Positions 1 to 13,106 of a DNA stretch of 64,000 nt are shown piece after piece. A program made the translations under genes and the position numbers. The notes below the pieces were generated by a model. It searched no databases. It worked only from the letters and a program-made list of their open reading frames with translations, and was not told the DNA's origin. Position 1 is the first letter of the stretch; every line of letters starts with the position of its first letter. Origin of the DNA: Octopus sinensis (Eukaryota); NCBI RefSeq assembly GCF_006345805.1, contig NC_042997.1, positions 92,380,001 through 92,444,000 on the forward strand, given 5' to 3'.

Positions 1-233
1 TATCATCATCATCATCATAATGTTCACTTTTCCACACTTGCATGAGTCAGATGGAATTTGTTGAGACAGATTTTCTACAGCTGGATGCCCTTTCTGTTGC
101 TAACTCTCACATGTTTTCCAGTAAGGTATAACATGTACCTTATTAGTACACTTTGACAGTAATGCTTGCTTACAACTATCATGTGATTTGAAGACAAGGA
201 GTCACACACACACAATCATGCCTCTGCATGCAT

Positions 234-265
<32 letters not shown>

Positions 266-269
266 ACAC
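234..269. repeat. (CA)n microsatellite
   Basis: Direct reading. Confidence 0.95.
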
Positions 270-1076
270 TGTATGGTACCTTGGGCAAGCATTGTCAACT
301 ATATTCTTGGACTGACCAAGGCTTTGTGAATAGATTTGGTAGCTGGAAACTGAAAGAAGTATGTTGTGTGTGCACATGCATTTTCTCTGGAAATCACTAA
401 ACTACAAAAAGTGACATTATTATTATTATCCTAAATATTATGTTAATTTTTTTTACATACGTACCTGTGGTGTGTGTCACGCTTACTTCAAAGGAAGAGG
501 TAAAAAGAGAAATAATACTTAAGCAGAGGAAGTATAGTTCAAGTGAGAGGAAAAGCAGCAAAGAGGTGGGACAGGCAGGGAATGAGAGAGAAGAGATTCA
601 TAGCGCTGACAGGTAACAAAAATATAATGCATTAATGCAGGAGCATGGGTGGGAGGCAAGGAGACGTAGAGGAGGGAGAGGGGATGGAGGGGAGAGAGAG
701 TTAGACAGATAGATTGAATGAAGGAAAGGAGTGGGTACAGAATATTAGTGAAAGACAATGAAACCGTTCTCACATCGTCATATTGGGTCTCTCATAATAT
801 TGCTCCCTCACTCTTTCTTTCCCCTCCCTCTGTTTGCTTTAGTCTACCCACCTGTTGAAAACAGATAACCGTTCTTCTGCAAATGTTTACAGTAAATTGA
901 TATCTCAACTGGAGAATGATTCATTTCCTTTAAAATTAATGAATCTAGTCCTAAATTATAAGACTATTTCTTGTTACCTGTTTATAACTCAAATTCTTTA
1001 CTTGTATGTGTTGTAAATGAAAATACTTGAACTAAGAAACTTGATATATGTTTCATTTGAATTTATTTTTTTTAAG

Positions 1077-1154
1077 GATCCAAGTTTATTGGATGATAAA
1101 ATGACCCTCAAACAATTTAAAGCTGGAACCATCTTGCAGAAACAAGGCGATCAA
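1077..1154 (+). CDS. PNPLA6/7: PNPLA exon 1 in window ([26 protein letters not shown]), cNMP-binding repeat
   Basis: tttaag|GAT ... CAA|gtaaga; 78 nt, phase 0/0. Confidence 0.93.
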
Positions 1155-4100
1155 GTAAGAATTAGTTGACACTTAGAAACCACAAGTATTCATTCACAGT
1201 TTAAAACATTATTGGAACAATTTCTCTTAATTCATTTTTTGTCTTTGTTTTTTTTATTTCCATACAAAGATATTTTGATTCTATTATGTGTGACATCATC
1301 ACAGATATTTTCCCTTATTTCATTTTAATAATATTTAAGAGTAGTAAGGATGATCAAACCAAAATGATCACAGCATTTAGTTTCCTCCATCTTCATTAAA
1401 CATTCAGATCATACAGGTATTATCTTCATTTTGTGTGTTGGAATTGATGAAATATGATAGATATTTGGATCAGTTCAACTGAGCTTCAATATAAAATTGG
1501 TTTGCATGTAGTAAATCAATAATATTGACTGGGATGTGATTAGAAGATAATTTTGTGTTGCTGTGTCATTCAATCAAACCTAAGTAATGGTTGAAGTGAA
1601 TTTACTTATATTGCTGATACTTTAATAAATGAATAAATTTCATTTGATTTAATTCCTGTATGCTATAAATATGTACTTTTATGCCACAAAGTCGATATTT
1701 TTATAAATAAAATTGAGTATATTTTTATTACTTGGATTTAAAATATGTAATGATAAAAGTTAAAAATCAAACAACTATAAAATAAAATTGATTTTGTTCA
1801 AATGTTGGTTTTTGTTTTATAGTATTTAATATTTATTTTATTTTTAGGATTGTAACTTGTTTTTTGTTGTGTCTGGTACATTAAATGTCTCTCAGAATTT
1901 GGTAGGACATGAAGAAAAAGAGGTTAGTTTTTCTACCCTTATCTAATAATTCTTTCATAATTGAATATAATCTCTATAATTCAATCTGACAAGTTGTGTT
2001 CTGCAAGAATCAATAACTAAAAATTGAGGTACATGAGTGTATTGTGAGAGGAGAAAAACCAAAACAAAACAATGTTTTTGATTAGGAAATTAGAAAAATC
2101 TTTTTCTTATTAAGCTTACCCATAGCCTTTACAAGGCTTTTCAGTTTTATAAGACCAGTCTGGTTGATGTTATGCTTGCACTGCTCTCAGGTTAGTTCTT
2201 GAGTAAAGATGAGCAGAGGGAGTCCCAGATGAATTTTTTTTTTTTAAATTGAGTCTGAAGGATGGAGCATTGTTCATAAACTTTGTTGGCCCATTGAAAC
2301 TGATGAGTTTCATCATCGTTTAATGTCCGTTTTCCATGCTGAGATGGGTTGGATGGTTTGACAGAGGTCGGGAGAGCCAGTGGCTGCACAGGCTCCAGTC
2401 TGATCTGGCAATGTTTCTACAGCTGGATGCCCTTCCTGATGCCAACCACTCTGAGAGTGTAGTGAGTGCTTTTATGTCCTACCAGCATAGGAGCCAGTCA
2501 AGCAGGCATGGCATTAATCATGTTGGGATAGTGCTTTTTACATGCTGCTAGCATGGGGGCCCAGTCACTGGGTACTGGCATCGTGTGGCTGGTGTATTTT
2601 ACATGCCACTGACATGGGAACCAGTCAGGTGGACCTAGCATCGACCACATTCAGATAGTGCTTTTTACATGCCACCAGCACGGGAGCCAGTCAGCGGGGA
2701 CTGGCCATAGCTACAATATTGGTTTTACTTGACTCAACAGGTCTTCTCAAGCATATATCAGCCGACACATCAGGGGTACTCAGCTGGGTTGGACATGCGT
2801 GGTTGCGATCTCACTTTAGTTGCCAGGCCTTCTCAATGACAGCATATCTCCAAAGGTCTCAGTCTCCTGTCATTGCCTCTGTGAGGCCCAATGTTCAAAA
2901 GTCATGCTTCACCACCTCATCCCATGTCTTCCTGGGTCTACCTCTTCCACAGTTACGGATTGGCACTTCCTCACACAGCTGTCCTCATCCATACATAACA
3001 CATGACCATACCAATGCAGTTGTCTCTCCTGCACACCACATTTGATGCATCTTATGCCCAACTTTTCTTTTAGGGCACTTACACTCTGTCTTGTATGCAC
3101 ACTGACATTACACATCCAGCAGATCATACTAGCTTCATTTCTTTCAAGCCTACGTATGTCCTCAGCAGCCATGGCCCGTGTTTCACTGCTGTGTAGTATG
3201 GCAGTTCGTACACATGCATCACACTCTACCTTTCATCCTGAGTGGGAGGCCCTTAGTTGCCAGCAGTGGTAGGAGGTCTCTGAACTTTGCCCAGGCTATT
3301 CTTATTTTAGCTGCTACACTCTCAGAGCAACCACCCCCACTACAGACTTGGACGCTTAGGTAGCGGAAGCTACTAACTACTTATAGTTTCTCCCACTAGC
3401 ATGTGATGGAATCTGTTTTCTGTACATCTTCAGTGTTTATTGCCCCTGTCCATCTTCCACACAAAAACTATTTTCCCCGTTAACCTTCCTTTGATATTGC
3501 TGCACCTTTTATGTGTCCATAACTTACGCTGGGTGCATCATATGGAGTTTCTACCCATGCCTTTTCTATAGATCGAGCAGGGCCATCTACCTGTTGGCAT
3601 TCATATTTGATTGCTTGCTTATAAATATAAAAAGATTTAAATGAGGAGTCATAAGAGCTGGATCAATAAGATGTCAGCCTTTTAGCTCTTGGTTGAGAAA
3701 CTGTTCTAGCACCCTGCCACAAGTAGAGAGATGTGCTTTGGAGTACAGAACTCCTTATACAAAACTGGAGTACAAAACTCCTTATATCATATTTATTTTG
3801 AAGCAGTTCAGGTAAAAAATAGCTATAAAAAATGCTATGAGTAGAATTAGTTTGAAATTAGTGAATGGTTTATACTGAGATTAAATCCTTTCTCATGAGT
3901 TTTGTTTTAAGTTACTTTCTTTTTTTTTTTTAGACTGTTGAAATTGGAAAAAAAACAATCAACTGTATTTTTCTTTTTTCAGACATTGCTGTTTAGTGCA
4001 GGTCTTGGTCGTCTTGTTGGTGCATTAGCTGTGTTAACTGGAGAACCATCTATGTTTACTGTACGATCAAAGACGGAGTCAGAAGTAGTACTCATATCCA

Positions 4101-7100
4101 AAGCAGATTTTTACTCGTATGTATAACTTTTTCTTACTCCTGTTTTAATAATTTGAGATAATAGTCTATGGGCCACAAGGGCATTAAATTTTGCTTCATT
4201 GTTTGGGATTAGCTGCTGTTAGCTAAAATTTTCCTCAATATATCTAGTTGGCAAAACGTTCTAATTAACAGTTGAACTGTTAGCATTAAGAGGGTATATT
4301 ACCTGTGATAATAATTGTTCTAATACAATACAGACGTTTAATTTTCAAAAATTTGTTCCTTCCACATTTATATGAAATAAGGAATATAAAATTGCCAAGC
4401 AAAAAGTATGGACATTTTACTGAAATAAATGTATTTATTAGGCTTTCAGTTTTTTGTACATCTGAACTAGATTTAAATATCTATGTTTGTTCCACATAAA
4501 AAGTGCCTGTGCCAGCACTATGTAAAAGCATTCAGTACACTCTGTAAAATGGTTAGCATTAGGAAGGGCATTCAGCTGTAAAAACCATGGCAAAACAGAC
4601 GATTGGTGCCTGGTGCAGCCATCCAGCTTACCAGCTCCTGTCATACTGTCCAACCCATGCCAGCATGGAGAATGGACATTCAATAACGATGATGACGCTA
4701 TATCATCATCATCATATATATCATTATCATTTTAGGACAGTTTCCCATACTGATGTGAGTTGGATGGTTCAATAGGTGTTCAACAAGTCAGAGAACCACA
4801 TCTTGCTACAATGTCTCATTTTTGACATGTTTTCTACAGCTGGTTGCTCTTCCTAACACAAACCATTTTGTAGAGGGTACTGGGTGCATTTTTTTATGGC
4901 ATAAGCTGTGTTGCAGTTGGTTTGCTGTTATGACTAAAGAGCCATCTCAGGCCTTGTGTTGTTGCTGCTCAAATCAATTACCAATTATGTACAGAATGCA
5001 CTGGCCAGTTTTTGTGGAATCAGCACTACCAGGGTCACCTTCCATGTTGGGAGGAACAAATTTATTGTGAGAATAAGGGAGGGAACAGTTATATCAATGC
5101 AAGTGATTAATGGCTTTTGTTTAAAGTCTGAAAATGGGATGTTTTTGTTTGTTGTTAAAGTAAAAATATTTTCTCATTTCGAAAATTAAACTTTTTCAGA
5201 ATAATGAAAAAGCAACCTTCCATAGTACTTCAAGCAGCCCATACTATTGTCAAGAGAATGTCTGCCTTTGTGAGGCAAATTGATTTTGCTTTGGATTGGA
5301 CAATGCTAGAAGCTGGTAAAGCTTTGTTCAGGTAAAAAAAATCAAAATATTTCTTAGTTTCTGTATGACTTTAAAAAGAAATTTTCAACAATGAAAACAC
5401 TGAATTTGTAAAGTATGACTTATATTGTCTCTTTCACGTATGCTTACACACGCACACACATGCATGCATGCACTCACACAAACACATACACACACACATC
5501 ATCATCATCATTGTTCGACCGTGGTCGAGACAATGGAATTTACCATGTTGCGCCAGACTTCACGGTCCATCATAGCATTACGGAGGTCCTGTTGCTGGAT
5601 GCCTGTATCCCTGGAGATTACATCAGGGTAGGAGAGTGTGTGCCCTCTGGTGTTGCGAGTAGATGGCTTCCAGAGGAGAAGAGTAGAAATTACTTCTTTT
5701 TCAGCTCTACAACAATGTCCAGCAAACTGGACTCTCCTACCCTTCACAAGAGATGACACAGGTGGTAATTTCCCATATATTTGCATTTTAGTTGGATTTA
5801 GCCTCCACGAGAGATTTTGAGCTCTCATAAGGAGGCGAGTGTAGGTTCCATCCAACCGCCTCTCAAGCTTCTTTGATAACGTCCAGGTTTCTGAGCCATA
5901 TAGTAGGATTGGTTCGACTGTGGCTTTGAATATTTCAAGTTTGAAGTCTCTACTTAGATTTGATGACCAGATCTTATGCGTGTCATTACAGGCTGACCAG
6001 GCCATACCCTTTCTAGTTAGAAAGTCTTTTCCAGATGATGATATGTATGACCCAAGATATTTATAATCAGAAACCATATTTAAAGGTGCACTGTTGAGAG
6101 TGTGGATGATGCAATCACTGTTGGACAGGCACTTGTTTATGTATTCAGTTTTGGTCTCATTAAGGTAAAGACCTACACAATTTGAGGCTTGTTCAAGAGA
6201 TTGTAAAAGAGACTGGGCATTGGAGAGAGAATCACTGATAAGAGCGATGTCGTCAGCAAAGTCAGTGTCTGTCAAGTACTCAGCTGGGTGTCTGGAACTT
6301 CTTCTTGGTTTTATTTCAAAGCCCTTGCCAGAGATGGTATCAACTGACACACACACACACACACAGTCCTTAACTCCTATTCTTTTTATTGCAGCTTATT
6401 TTTATTTTGTCTCACTTTCAGGTTATTTTTTATTATATTACAAAATGTATTGTGGATTTGCATCCTTCAGATGAGTTCATCACATCATCTTCCCTCCTAA
6501 TTTCCAGAAGAAAAATTCATAAAAAAAACAAAAACAATGTTCATATAGCTTTGCTCTCAGAGTTAATTGTATCTAATTGCATTGCTCTGTTTTTTTTTTC
6601 CTTCTCTTTTTTTTTTTCATCAGAATCTTTTTGTAAGTATTTATTTTTAGTATGTGCTAAAATAATTTTGAAGAAAACTTGTTTAGGGAAGATTTAGTAT
6701 GCTCCTCCAATGAAACATATTTCAACCAATTTAGACTGCATCAGTTCTGTATTCAGATTGTATGCAGTACATACATCTTGACTATTTTTCAACTACTGCT
6801 CTAATAATGTTTGACAAAAATTATAGCAAAATGCAATTGTTCTATAGTTCGTTACATAGTTGAATAATTGTTACAAATTACATAATATATATCACTAACT
6901 ACCAACCATTCTGTCTTCATTAGGCAAGATGACCCGTGCAACTCGATCTATATCATCCTGACTGGGCGTTTACGATCAATCATTACTACTCCAAATGATA
7001 AGAAAGAACTGGTTGGAGAATATGGCCGTGGAGACCTTGTTGGCATTGTAGAAGCATTAACCCAGACCCAACGAGCTACAACATTGATGGCTGTGAGGTA

Positions 7101-10100
7101 AATTACTCTAAATTAATGATTCAAGTTGATGTTTAACATCATTATTCCAATTTGCTAGGGTTTTTTTTTTCTATTAAAGGGTTGATACCAGCTCTTTAAG
7201 TTGTTAAAACTTTGAATTATATAGTGTGCTCTACTTGAGTAAGGAACTATAGCTCTTCATTGTGCCTATTTACTGCACCATTTACAACATTAAGGATTGC
7301 TTCATTGCTCTTAATTCTCTGATAAATTATAAACTTTTGACCGTCAACCAATAGATCACTGTTTAATGATTTACAAATAGTAAAACTTGTATTTCTATTG
7401 CTTTAAACAATATGTCAATTTAATGATGTTTCTGTTTTAATTTCAGTACCAAAATGTAATGTTTTCTTTCATTCTTTCTCTCCATTTTAGAGATACTGAA
7501 CTTGCTGATATACCAGCAGAATTATTAAATCACATTAAAAGAAAATACCCACAGATTGTTGCTCGTCTCATTCATTTGTTGGGGCAGAGACTGCTTGGTA
7601 GTCTTCAAAGCAGATCAGGTAATGAATCATACTGATTAACAAAATGACATATTGGTGTTGTAATGTTCTGTGTGCACAAATATTGTAAGGTTCAGTTATA
7701 TTGTTTGTAATGTTAGTCTCTTTTCTGCTTCACTTATCACATCTTGCATCAAATTTTACTCATATAAAATCCTCTCCACAACACTTGTCATAGCTTACTA
7801 CTAAATAATTTTATATATTGTTTATTTGTTTGTAAGTTCAACCATTGAATGCACTCCATTAATTTGAGAGTTATAAATGTTTACTATATATGTATATGTA
7901 CTGTTTACTTGAATTCCATGTTCATGTAAAAATATTTTGCTTTGTTAGATAAAATGAAACCTAATTGCCTTGTTCAGTTATTGGGCTGTGTCAAGAAATG
8001 AAATGAAGTATTCCCTGACAAAGCCCACTGACTGAACAAGTCAATTAGGCTTTTTTTTAACTCAAACAAAGTAACATTTTTGCCTGAATTTGAAGCTCAA
8101 GTTGCTGTCAAACACATCTTCACAGCACACTCATTTGCCCACATAAAAACTGATATATTGGTAAGAAAAAAAATGTTAATTTGTTTAGAAAAGTTAACGT
8201 TTTCAATGTTCTCATTCTTATGAACCAATAAACAAATAAAAAAAAGTATGTCTATTTCATTAACACTTTAAAATGTATTTACTTTTTACAGCCCCACTGA
8301 GTATAGAGAACCGGCTCTTAGTTTCAAACCTTTCAACTGTTGCTGTTGTCCCTGTCTCACGTGATGTACCTCTTACTAATTTTGTCCTGGAACTACAACA
8401 TGCTCTCAATGCAATAGGTAAATCTTGTTTTAATATTTAGTTTCTATTATAAGGCTTGGTGCTGTGTTGTTGAACCCCTAGACCAGCTTTCATTGAGAAA
8501 ATGTATTACCATACCACTATAATATATCTAGGGCTGTTTTATCCAATATGTTCTTACTTCTTTAAAACTTTCTTTCAAACTGTAAGAACAAATTTGAGAT
8601 GAGCAATTTGGTTGCTGTATCTAGCTTGTTTGCTCAAAGACTGGGAATGACAGGAATAGTAGAGCAATGAACTAAATATCTTACAGTATTTGTTTTTGTG
8701 TCTCTACATTGATTTCAAATTCTGCTGCAATTTATTTTGTATTATATTTTTTTTTTGAGAGGTGGGGTTCCATAAATTAGTTTCCAGTAATAGTCTTGCA
8801 AGTTACATGGTGTCTTTACTAGTGCTGGTACCATGAACAAGCACCCTGAATACTCTGTAAAGGCATCCAGCTGTAGAAACCATGCTAAAGTAGACAATGG
8901 AGTATAATGCAATCTTTGGAACCATTGGATCCTGTCAAACTCTCCAACCCATGCCAATATGGAAGACAGACATTAAAAGGTGATAATGATGAATTTAGGG
9001 TTGATTTAAATGACACTTGCTTTTCTTTTCAATGTATTGGTTTAAAAAAATCAATACTTCAATGAAAATTGGTACCAGTATACCAACACACTTAATAAAC
9101 TAAGTTTATTAAAGGATTTGCTTCCTTAAACAGACTAAGAAATGAGTTTTATAAATGGAATTTATTCTTAAAATATCTCTTGTTGATAGAAATCATTTGA
9201 TTTGTGGAGCATTATATCATTTTAATTACCTGTAGGAAAATTAATTGAACATCACTGGCTTATAATTGAATCCTTTTGTATACTTGTAATGTGTAAAGCT
9301 AAAATTTTTCTTTAAGCATGAAAGATTCCTTAAGGCAGCTGTAAACAATTTCAGTGTATCTTGTATTATTAAATGAAGACAAAATCATCATCATCATTTA
9401 ATGTCTGTTGTCCATGCTGGCATGGGTTGAATGATTGACTGGGCTGGCACACTGGAAGGCTGCGCCAGGCTCTAGTGTGATTTGGCATGATTTACTCTGG
9501 CTGGATGCCCTTCCAACTGCTCTCGAGAGTGTTATGGGTGCTTTTACATGCCACTGGCATGGGTGTCATTTGTGTAACACCAATATCTGCCATGACTGCA
9601 ATTTTGTTCAGCTTGATGGGTCTTCTTCTTAAGCACGACATAATGCCAAAAGTCTTGGTCATTGCCTCCGTGAGTCCCACCACTTGAAAGGAACTCAGCC
9701 ACCTTGCCTCCGTGAAGCCCAGTGTTTGAAAGGAACTCTGTCAGACTCAATGCTCAAAAGGTACTTTGCCTTCGTGAGGCCCAACATCCAAAGGTTGATC
9801 TTTTTTTACATGCCACCATTACGGGTGCACTTGACTTGATGGGTCCTCTTAAGCAGAGTACATGGCCAAAGGTCTCGGTCATTAGATATGTTATATAATG
9901 TTATTTAGTTCATCATTTATATTGTCATTGAAGAATTCTTAATTTGTTTTCTGACCAATTATGATTTTGAAAGTAAATAACTTTGTCATCAAATCTTACA
10001 CCAGGCTTTAAATTTATTTTGTAGGTCCAACTGCTCGGATCACTAGTGAGATAGTCAGTGCAAGAATTGGTAGTTCTGGATTTAACAGGTAATTATAGAA

Positions 10101-13044
10101 CTAATATTCTAATTTCTGTATTTCTCTATGAAAGTTTTCATTGTATCTGTTTTAGAAGCTATAATTTAAAGGATTTAGTCCTACTTTTATTGAAGAAGAT
10201 TAGGACACTTATCAAAAACAATAGAGTTCTAAACAAAATTATTTATAGCATTTGGTCTCGTCCATCTAAAATTCTGTGTTGAAATCTTATCAGGGTTAAT
10301 GAAGCCTTACTGTGAGGGACCACCCTGAGATCTTATCACAACTATTTTATTTCTCTTTCCTGCCCCCACTCTCACTTCTATAATGTGAGACCCTATGTAA
10401 CTCCTCTGCAGCATGAAACCTGTTCTGTTCTGGCCTTTTCTCATTAACTAGCATAAAGCCACCTCCTTTTCTACTGTTGTCCCATTCAGTCAAAATGATC
10501 ATGCAAGCTGCATTGCAACCTCACTAGTGTTAGTGCCCTGACAAAACCTTCAATGCAATCTAAAGTGGTTGGCATTAGGCAGGGTATCTAACTGTAGAAA
10601 CAAAACCAAAACAAACAGTTGAGCATGATGCAGTCTTTGAAACCATCAGGTTCTGTCAAACCATCCAACCCATTCCAGCATGGAACATGGATGTTAAAAG
10701 ATAAGAACGATGAAAGTTGTGGTCTTATGCCAATATAAGAAGTCAATAATTTAGAATTGTGAACAAATTTTTAGAAATTGCCTTAAGTAGAGGTAACAGA
10801 ATTAAAGCTTTTAGATTTAATCATTTCATGTTAAATCAAAATAGATTTCTCTAAACTTTTCTTTAAATTGTTGACATCCAGTAATGCTCTCTAGCTCACT
10901 TCTCTTCATCTTAGTCTTTGAACCACTTTCAAGAATTCAGTTTTGGGTACTTGATTGAAGATTCTTATAAAAAAAATCAAAGGAACAAGAAAAACTTTAT
11001 AGTTTAAGAGACCATATTTGTGTCAAATTAAGGTACTTATTAGTAAAAGAGTTCACAAGGAAGTGGTTTTTCTCTTATGCAGGCGTGAATTAAGCAAGAT
11101 CTCAATATTTTGTAGTTAATGCAAACAATGGTTGCAAAATCACTTCTGTCAGTTTAACTAAGAACCAATTTCAGGTGTGCTAAATCAATTTGAATTGTTA
11201 GCAACTTTGAATTGCTCAGATGACTTGTTGACATAGTAGATATATTTTGCATGATTAAAATAGTTAATGAAGTGATTTGGCAGAATTGTTAGTACTTTGG
11301 ACAAAGTGCTTAGTGACATTTCTTCCTGCTCTTTACATTTTGAGTTCAAATTCTGCCGAAGATGACTTACCTTTCATCCTTAAGGTCAATGAAATAAGTA
11401 CCAGTTGAGTACTGGGATTGATGTAATCAAGTATTCCCCTCCTCTAAAATTGCTGGTCTTGTACCAGAATTTGAAACCAATATGGTTTTAATGTGAGAAG
11501 TTATTGATTATACAAAGATTTAAAACTGAAACTGATGGAGAAGTTTAATAACTGTTCTAAAATCTTCATTTCTCTCGAATTTATATAAAAGGCAAATTGT
11601 GTTGTTAATGCTGATAAAATATTCAAATTTCATAATAGGTGAATACTGTTAATACACATTTACTGATAAGAAAAGTTAATAGAGATGACTGAAAAAAATC
11701 CGAAGTTTTTATTTTCAGCAAATTGCATCATTTTGTGACCTTTAGTAGAAAACAAATATTAACAAGGCTCTTCTCTCTGTTTGCAGAATGACACTTCATT
11801 CTGGGGTCTCTGTTGGTCTATGGAAACCATGCATCTGCATATATATGATTAGGCCTGGGCAAGATTTTTTGAGGAATAATTATCATTATAATAGATGTGC
11901 TGTCAGGAGTTAGATGAATCTAAAATGTCTCATTAATGTTCTTTTTCTTTAAAAGAAATTAGCTGGTAATTTTGCTGTTTTATGAAATTTCAGTTTGAAT
12001 GACTTCCGTTTGTTCAGCTGGCTTGGACAACATGAAGATATTAATCGAATGGTTTTATACCAATGTGATAATACAATGACACGATGGACTAAGCATTTTG
12101 TGAGGCAAGCTGATTGTATCCTAATTGTTGGTGTTGCCACAAATGACCCCACATCATTGGGTGAAGTATGCACTAATCTTTAAAATCTTAACTTTACCCA
12201 TGCTACATAGTAAATGTAATTTACCACTATAACCTTCTCATTAAAATCGTTTTTCAATCCTATGTGTGTGTATATATATATATATATATAAGTAATCACA
12301 AATGGTTTTCTCTTTCAAGTTCAGAAGTTAAGAGCAGTTTTTAACTGGCACTGACTTCTGTTACTAGTTTCTTCACCATATGTATTGTAATTGTCAAGTA
12401 AATAATTCATCTAAACTGAATGTTGTCACTTAAAAGCTAATTGATATTCCTAACTACTTTTTTTATAACATTTATTTTGCAAAGTATTTTTTAGACTAAA
12501 TTTTTCACAAGTGCATATATGTACATGAATTATCTTATTTTATTGGAAAGAAAAAGGCTTTTTTTTGTTAGAGTAACATATTTAGTAATTAATGAAAACT
12601 AGGAAATATTTTGTAGCACATTAAATTGTACCTTTATTTAATTTAACTAAACAATATTTGCACATCAGGTTTTCAACAGTTAAATCCCCATTTGCATGTA
12701 TGTGGGTGTTAAATATAAGCTATAGCACAATTTTTCTTTAGATGCTATGCACTCTGTTTGTTACATTGCAACAAAATGTCTTTAGTTATTTTCCAAGTAC
12801 AGTATCCTATTATTGCCATTTATATATATTGGGCCATCCCATAAGTAATACAGTTTTTTTATACTTCTTTTATTTTTCAAAATTAAAATAAATGAAATTC
12901 TTTTTTAATCTAAAATATACGCTCCTTAATTTTCTACAATACTCTTCCTTCTATCTGGAAGACGCTTCCAAAATTCACTTGTCCGTGATGAAAAATACTC
13001 CTCCAGTACTGTTCTGACCTTGTCCACAGAATTCATGGTTATTC

Positions 13045-13106
<62 letters not shown>

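Noticed and set aside
188-400. Short His/Thr- or Tyr/Ile-rich ORFs in the track (also 57176-57373, 59891-60178, 59898-60120, 54089-54304)
   Set aside because: They are translations of (CA)n, (TA)n and (GA)n microsatellites and SINEs.
3739-3786. 27-bp-period tandem duplication containing a GGAGT/ACTCC mini-hairpin (similar small duplications near 16540 and 39585)
   Set aside because: Ordinary slippage duplications.
3983-12165. Residues that differ from the family consensus (GRLVG for GELVG, WTKHF) as possible A-to-I recoding sites
   Set aside because: Editing cannot be seen in genomic DNA, and the GRLVG codon (CGT) is not correctable by A-to-G.
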